Shown here piece after piece: positions 57,961-64,000 of a DNA stretch of 64,000 nt. A program made the position numbers and the translations under genes. The DNA is from the human T2T-CHM13v2.0 reference genome, Homo sapiens. Under the pieces are notes generated by a model. It worked only from the letters and a program-made list of their open reading frames with translations, was not told the origin of the DNA and did not search any database. Within the stretch, counting starts at the first letter, position 1, and the number at the start of each line of letters is the position of its first letter. The stretch lies in the NCBI RefSeq assembly GCF_009914755.1, contig NC_060939.1, one strand, 5' to 3'.

Positions 57961-60824
57961 GACATCCGTCCTACTGCATGGCAGGACTCATTCCCGTGAA
58001 CATCACTTTGCAGCTGCGTTTATGTTGCAATAACTGGAACTACTCTTTTAAGTTTCTTTTGTTTTCTTTGTATGAATTCCCGGCAAGTTCGTTTTACTAA
58101 AAGCACCAAAGGTTTTCACCAGACATAACAGCTTCCTGAGGTGCTAGGCCTAAAAGATTTTTAAAGATCTTTAATATTTGTATATTTTCATGGAGACGCC
58201 CTGAGGATGTTTACTGTCACTAGGTGTTTATTTTCTTTTGGTTTAATGACAGAAGAGGGAGGTACGAACATGGACATGGGTGTATCTTTTATAGGTCAGG
58301 GGAAAACAGAAGGCCTCAAGATGTTTTGAACTTACTAATAGCTGGCATAAAATCAATCTAGATTTCAGTGATTCAAAATCTAGCCATGGAGCTGAATGAA
58401 CCATGTTACCCAGCCAGGTTTTTAAAGCCAGGATTAAAACTAAACCCTGCGCAGCCGTACTACTAATACTATTACATAATCTGATCGTCCATTAAGGTTA
58501 AAAATAGTCTGTGTATTTGTGCTTATAATAACACATATGTCAGTCGTGGGCTTTTTGAGCCGTTACTCCACTGGACTGTCCTGTAAGGAGATAATTGTTT
58601 AGCAACGTGTTATCCTTTAAAAATGCCTCTTATTATTTGGCTGATGGACTGTATAGAGCATGCCCACTACTTTGGAGGTTGGTTGAAGTTGAAGGGTGAG
58701 GTGACTTAGGAAATTCAATTCGAAATTATTTGGAAAGACTGGAGTGTTAACTAGATTCGAGAAGTATAAGTTTATTTTAGCATTTTTCATAAGTAAGAAA
58801 TCATTCTTCCCTAAAGAATAATAGGTTAGGAAAAGCATAACGGGAGAGTTATAGGTAAACCATGAGCCAAATGCCTTTTTTTCCTTTAAAGTCACATTTT
58901 TAGTGTTGACATTTTGTTTAAGAGCACCTTAATGATTAGGGGCCTCTCTTTTAGATTTAGAGATTAAGACATCCAAAAAAAGTGGATACTCAGAACATTC
59001 CACACATAGAAAAGTAAAACCTTTTAAAGTTGAAAGAAACAACAGTTGTAGTGTTTTTTGTTTTGTTTTGTTTATTAATGTGGGAGAGTGATTTAATGGT
59101 CTGTATGGTCTTTTGGACATTCTAAAAATCCTGCTAAAATGGGAGTAAGAGTTCTAAGTTAAGCAAAAAGGACAACTTTTTGCTCATGCATGCTTTAATA
59201 CAAATTGGGATATACTGATAAAGGGAATTAAAAAATATTTTAAAGTGGTGAACACATCTGGTAACGTTTATTTTTAATTTTTGTCTGAAGGTAGAGGGGA
59301 TGTGAATTAGATAATAGGTCCTTTCCTATTCTGTGAGGTACAATCGTCTCTCTGGGTGATAAAGTACATATCCTATTAATATTATACTTAGGATTTTGTT
59401 CCTCTTCTTCCCTTCCAAATTCATTTTTCCATTTTGTAAATAATAAAGATTTCTGTTTACCCATTTGCTCCTTTTCTCCTCCGTCTTCCCTTCAATGGAA
59501 GCTGACATTTTACTGATGGTTTACCAGTCTAGGTATCCTGCTGAGAAGTAGATTGAGATTTAAGAAAAGCAACTTACCATTGGAATGAATGAGATTTACT
59601 GAGGAATTCTAATTTTTTAAAGTGCTTAATTTGACAGTGGTTTACCTACTGTTCAGCTGACTCAAAGTGAATTATTATGCAAAGAACTGATTTGGAGGTT
59701 CTTTTGATGTTACATGTTTCAGATATAAATTTAATTTTTCAGAAAAAATTGAATTTTTCATAGAATCTTATAGACTTCAAAGCATGTGTGCTACAAAGAT
59801 TTTGTAATATATAAGTTATATAGGTGGCAAACCTTCCCATTTTGAGTATTAGTCTGACTGCATTAAATAAACAGACAGCAAGGGGAAAAAAATACAGAAT
59901 TTCTGACTCAGATCATAACTCCATCTCCTGTCAAACAGCATCACTGCTAATGGTTGCTGGTTATTTTTTAATAAGACATAATATAGTTATTAAGCTAGTA
60001 ATCTTTGATCAGCCCTTGATTTTAGCTGAAAATATATTGACCGTTTATTTCTGTATTTGTGATTTTTCAAAAGTATGAATTTTTTAAATCAATATGTTAA
60101 CTGAAAACTATGATAAATACTATAAAAGAAAATTGTCAGTGTCACCAGGTATTCCTTAAATTTATATACTTAGCCTTGGTTTAAGAGGCCTATTTTATGT
60201 ATTTTAGTCTCAGTATGCTTAGAAAATTAGTAATTGCTTCTAGAGCCTATTTTTTTTCTTCCTCACTCCATTGATTTTCAGCTTTGAAGTTGTGATATTG
60301 CATTTTAAATTTATTTTTTATTTCAACTACTCCCTATACTTCACTCTCATTTCTGCCTAGCTTGTTCATATTCTTCTTTTTCTACCTCCCACCCCTGAGC
60401 CACTTGCCTTTTTTTTTCTTTGTGGTTAAATGATTTATAAGTAGCTTTATTATTCTAGTTTTTGTGGATTTTTTTATGACATTCCCTTGAGGTATTCAGA
60501 GATTCTTTTGGACATTATCAGGGCAAAGAAGGTGATACACTATAAAAGGTTTCATGGGAGTTCCAGGGAACCCTGTGATGGTGACAAACTGTGACCCAGT
60601 ATATTCCTAAAAATAGAGAGATGCCAGCCTGAATGGGCATTTTTTTCCCCTTCTCATTACCAGCTAGTGATGTGATGCTTCTCCTGATTAATCTCTGGCA
60701 TCACAGTGGCTGGAATGAAGCTTCAGGGAGTAAGCACAAAGTGGTTCAGCAAACACACTCAAAAAGAGCTTAACACAGCAAATATATTCTTGCAGAAAAA
60801 TAAGACCAAAATTTAGCAATATGA

Positions 60825-61155
<331 letters not shown>

Positions 61156-61752
61156 GCGTTCTTTATTACTAGAAAGAAAGTGATTTTCCAAATGTACAGC
61201 TATCCTTTTAAAGTGTCACTTTCTGCCCATTTCCCACATAAGAGCATAAAATTAATGCTTGTCCAGAGCATACAGTATTTGTTATTGATTCATGTGCCTA
61301 TGGTTTTATTACATATGTTTTTAATATGTTAGTAGTCATTAATTTTAAATAAGTACCTTTAAAAAGATAGGAATTGTGAAAGTTTGTTTTGTGCCAACAG
61401 TCTTATATGCATGTGAGTGCTTAATACATATCTCTGGATAGTGTGTTTAGTTTCATGTATCACAAATGGCAACTAATCTCAAAGCAGCAAAATCTTATCA
61501 ATTCCAAAGAAGAAACACATGTTGGAGTCTACTATATATCTATTTCAAATTGGTTGAAACGAGGTTGTTTTCAGATCAATTGAAAAAATGCTAATAATAG
61601 TTTTTTTTCTCATGCCTGTTGTACTGAAATCTTACTTGGAGTTAGGTTTTGCTTTAGATTTTAAAGACAGCTCTTTGACCGAGCTTCTTTTAAGTTGTAC
61701 AAAAATTACTTCAACCATTAGTGTTACTACTAACTTAAAGAACAGTAATGTT

Positions 61753-62062
<310 letters not shown>

Positions 62063-62409
62063 TTAGTAATTTTAGCTCAAGGCTAATAATCAGGAGCGTC
62101 TACAACTAAATTAATGAGTATTCTTCTCCATTTTCTTATTTATGAAAAGAATATAGCATTACTTCATGATTATTTGAGGGTAATGAATTTATGAAGTACT
62201 CGAATTAACATTTATACCCACTTTGTCTATAGTATGAAAACCTCTGGACTCACGTGATTGCCATCATGTGCCACGTTGATGAAATTGAGCTCTTAGATAA
62301 TCAGAGTCAATGTTGATTAATATTTTTATATTTTATCACATTGTAATTTGTTAACATTGCTGAAGAGTGTTATACGTGATCAGTAACTTGCATGATTAAT
62401 AAGCATTGA

Positions 62410-62565
<156 letters not shown>

Positions 62566-62641
62566 AAGTGTGCGTCAAAGAACATAAATATCAGTGGATT
62601 TTCTCTGTGTATATGTGCAGTATTTATTTTTGATCCTTTAA

Positions 62642-62647
62642 AATAAA
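62642..62647 (+). terminator. Polyadenylation signal of C15orf61
   Basis: AATAAA about 77 nt after the stop, followed by a T-rich tract. Confidence 0.65.
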
Positions 62648-64000
62648 ACTTTTGCAAATACTTTTTTCTTTCTACAGTATCTGCTTCTTTAAGATGAATC
62701 ATTGCCCTCAAGAGGTGAAGCTTTTTATACATCGTTATATATTACATACTCTGTTTAGCTGATGTGAACTACAAACACATGAAGCTTCACACCATTCTTT
62801 CCCTAGAACTAGGTTAACCTACAGATAAAAAATGATTACAATGTAATAGATTCTATAGTTAATTAACAATTTAAATCAACTCTGAAGAGAAAATATAGAT
62901 GCCCACACAAAAGAGAAGGGGGGAAAATCTTTTATGTAACAATGGAAAAAGAAGTAGAAGACATTAGGATGTATGATGGAAATATTACATCATTGGCAAA
63001 TCCAAAATTGATGAGAATCTAATTGTAATCTCAAGTCTAAACCATTCAGCTGCCAGGATTGTAAATAGAAACGTTTTAAAGGCCTTGTGCCATTTACCTG
63101 GAGGAGGGGTTGGAGTGTAATGTTGAAACTTCTTGTTGCTTAAAGAGTCCAAAACCATATCGTTTGTAAAATGTAATAATAACTGGTTAATATAAGTGTA
63201 GCAAGGTGAATGAAACTCAGACTTATTAAAAGTTAAAACAGCTTTCCTATAAAGCTGTAAGAACAATTAAGATCTTCTAGAAAGATGCAGAAAAATAAAT
63301 TTGGTAACTGTTTATAAAAGCAATTAACTGTAATGGTACATATCCATAGACTTATTGGCAATAAGGAGTGGGCTGAAATTTTAAAGACCTAATGGCACTT
63401 TTGCATTTGAATTTTATTAACTTAATTGCATTTTTGAAAGCCAAGTCATTTAAAAAAATGTATCCTTGGGGTAGTCACAAAATACCCAGATGAATGGTAA
63501 ATTTCAGACATTTGGAGTAATTTAGGGAGAACTAAGTAGAACTATTTAATTTCTAAACCAATGGGTGTTTAAGATTTATGATCTCTCCCATAATTACAAA
63601 CATACATTATATATCATTTTATGTTAATGTGTTGCTGATACTCTGCAACACTTACACATTTTTGTAGCAAAACATTTTATAAAATTCAACATTTGGATGC
63701 TTATGTCAAGTCAGTAGAGAAAGTGAGTGGAAGTGACTGAGGTGAAGGCACCAGAATAATGAAGTAATACAAACTAGCTTCGTTAAAGGTAGTCATTTTA
63801 AATGATCTACAGAGTGAACTGTTCTTCAAATATATGTGGTGTTCACTTGTCTAAAAGCAATTCTAAGTAACACTTTAATCAAAGAAGTACTTATGCCAAT
63901 ATATTTAGTCCAGAAGAATATACTTGACACTAGTTAAATGAATGGCTTACACAAAGGAGATAGTGTTACATTAAGCTTCATTAATAATAAAACAACTGGC

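Overview
Human genomic DNA; a human-specific AluYb8 is present and the gene content matches 15q23. The + strand carries the last five coding exons of IQCH (1123-1293, 11688-11810, 26020-26081, 30269-30377, 36652-36765, with a 3' UTR to about 37.8 kb). All five join in frame through GT-AG introns. A CpG-island promoter at about 57 kb drives the complete two-exon C15orf61 CDS (57268-57613 + 62438-62565, 157 aa). From prior knowledge it also drives the antisense lncRNA IQCH-AS1. The rest is repeat-rich intron and intergenic DNA: about 40 Alu copies or fragments, old and young L1 fragments, MaLR/ERV1 solo LTRs, hAT DNA transposons, MIR/L2 and microsatellites. I see no tRNA, rRNA, CRISPR or prokaryotic system. 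The most interesting lead is at the protein level: the spliced IQCH C-terminus resembles a PGM1-type ATP-grasp peptide ligase with an altered catalytic motif. This comes from recalled family consensus, not a computed alignment. At the DNA level there is a cluster of template-switch scars at 19.6-25.6 kb, including a 118-bp templated insertion. Repeat boundaries and subfamily names are by eye and approximate unless a TSD is given.
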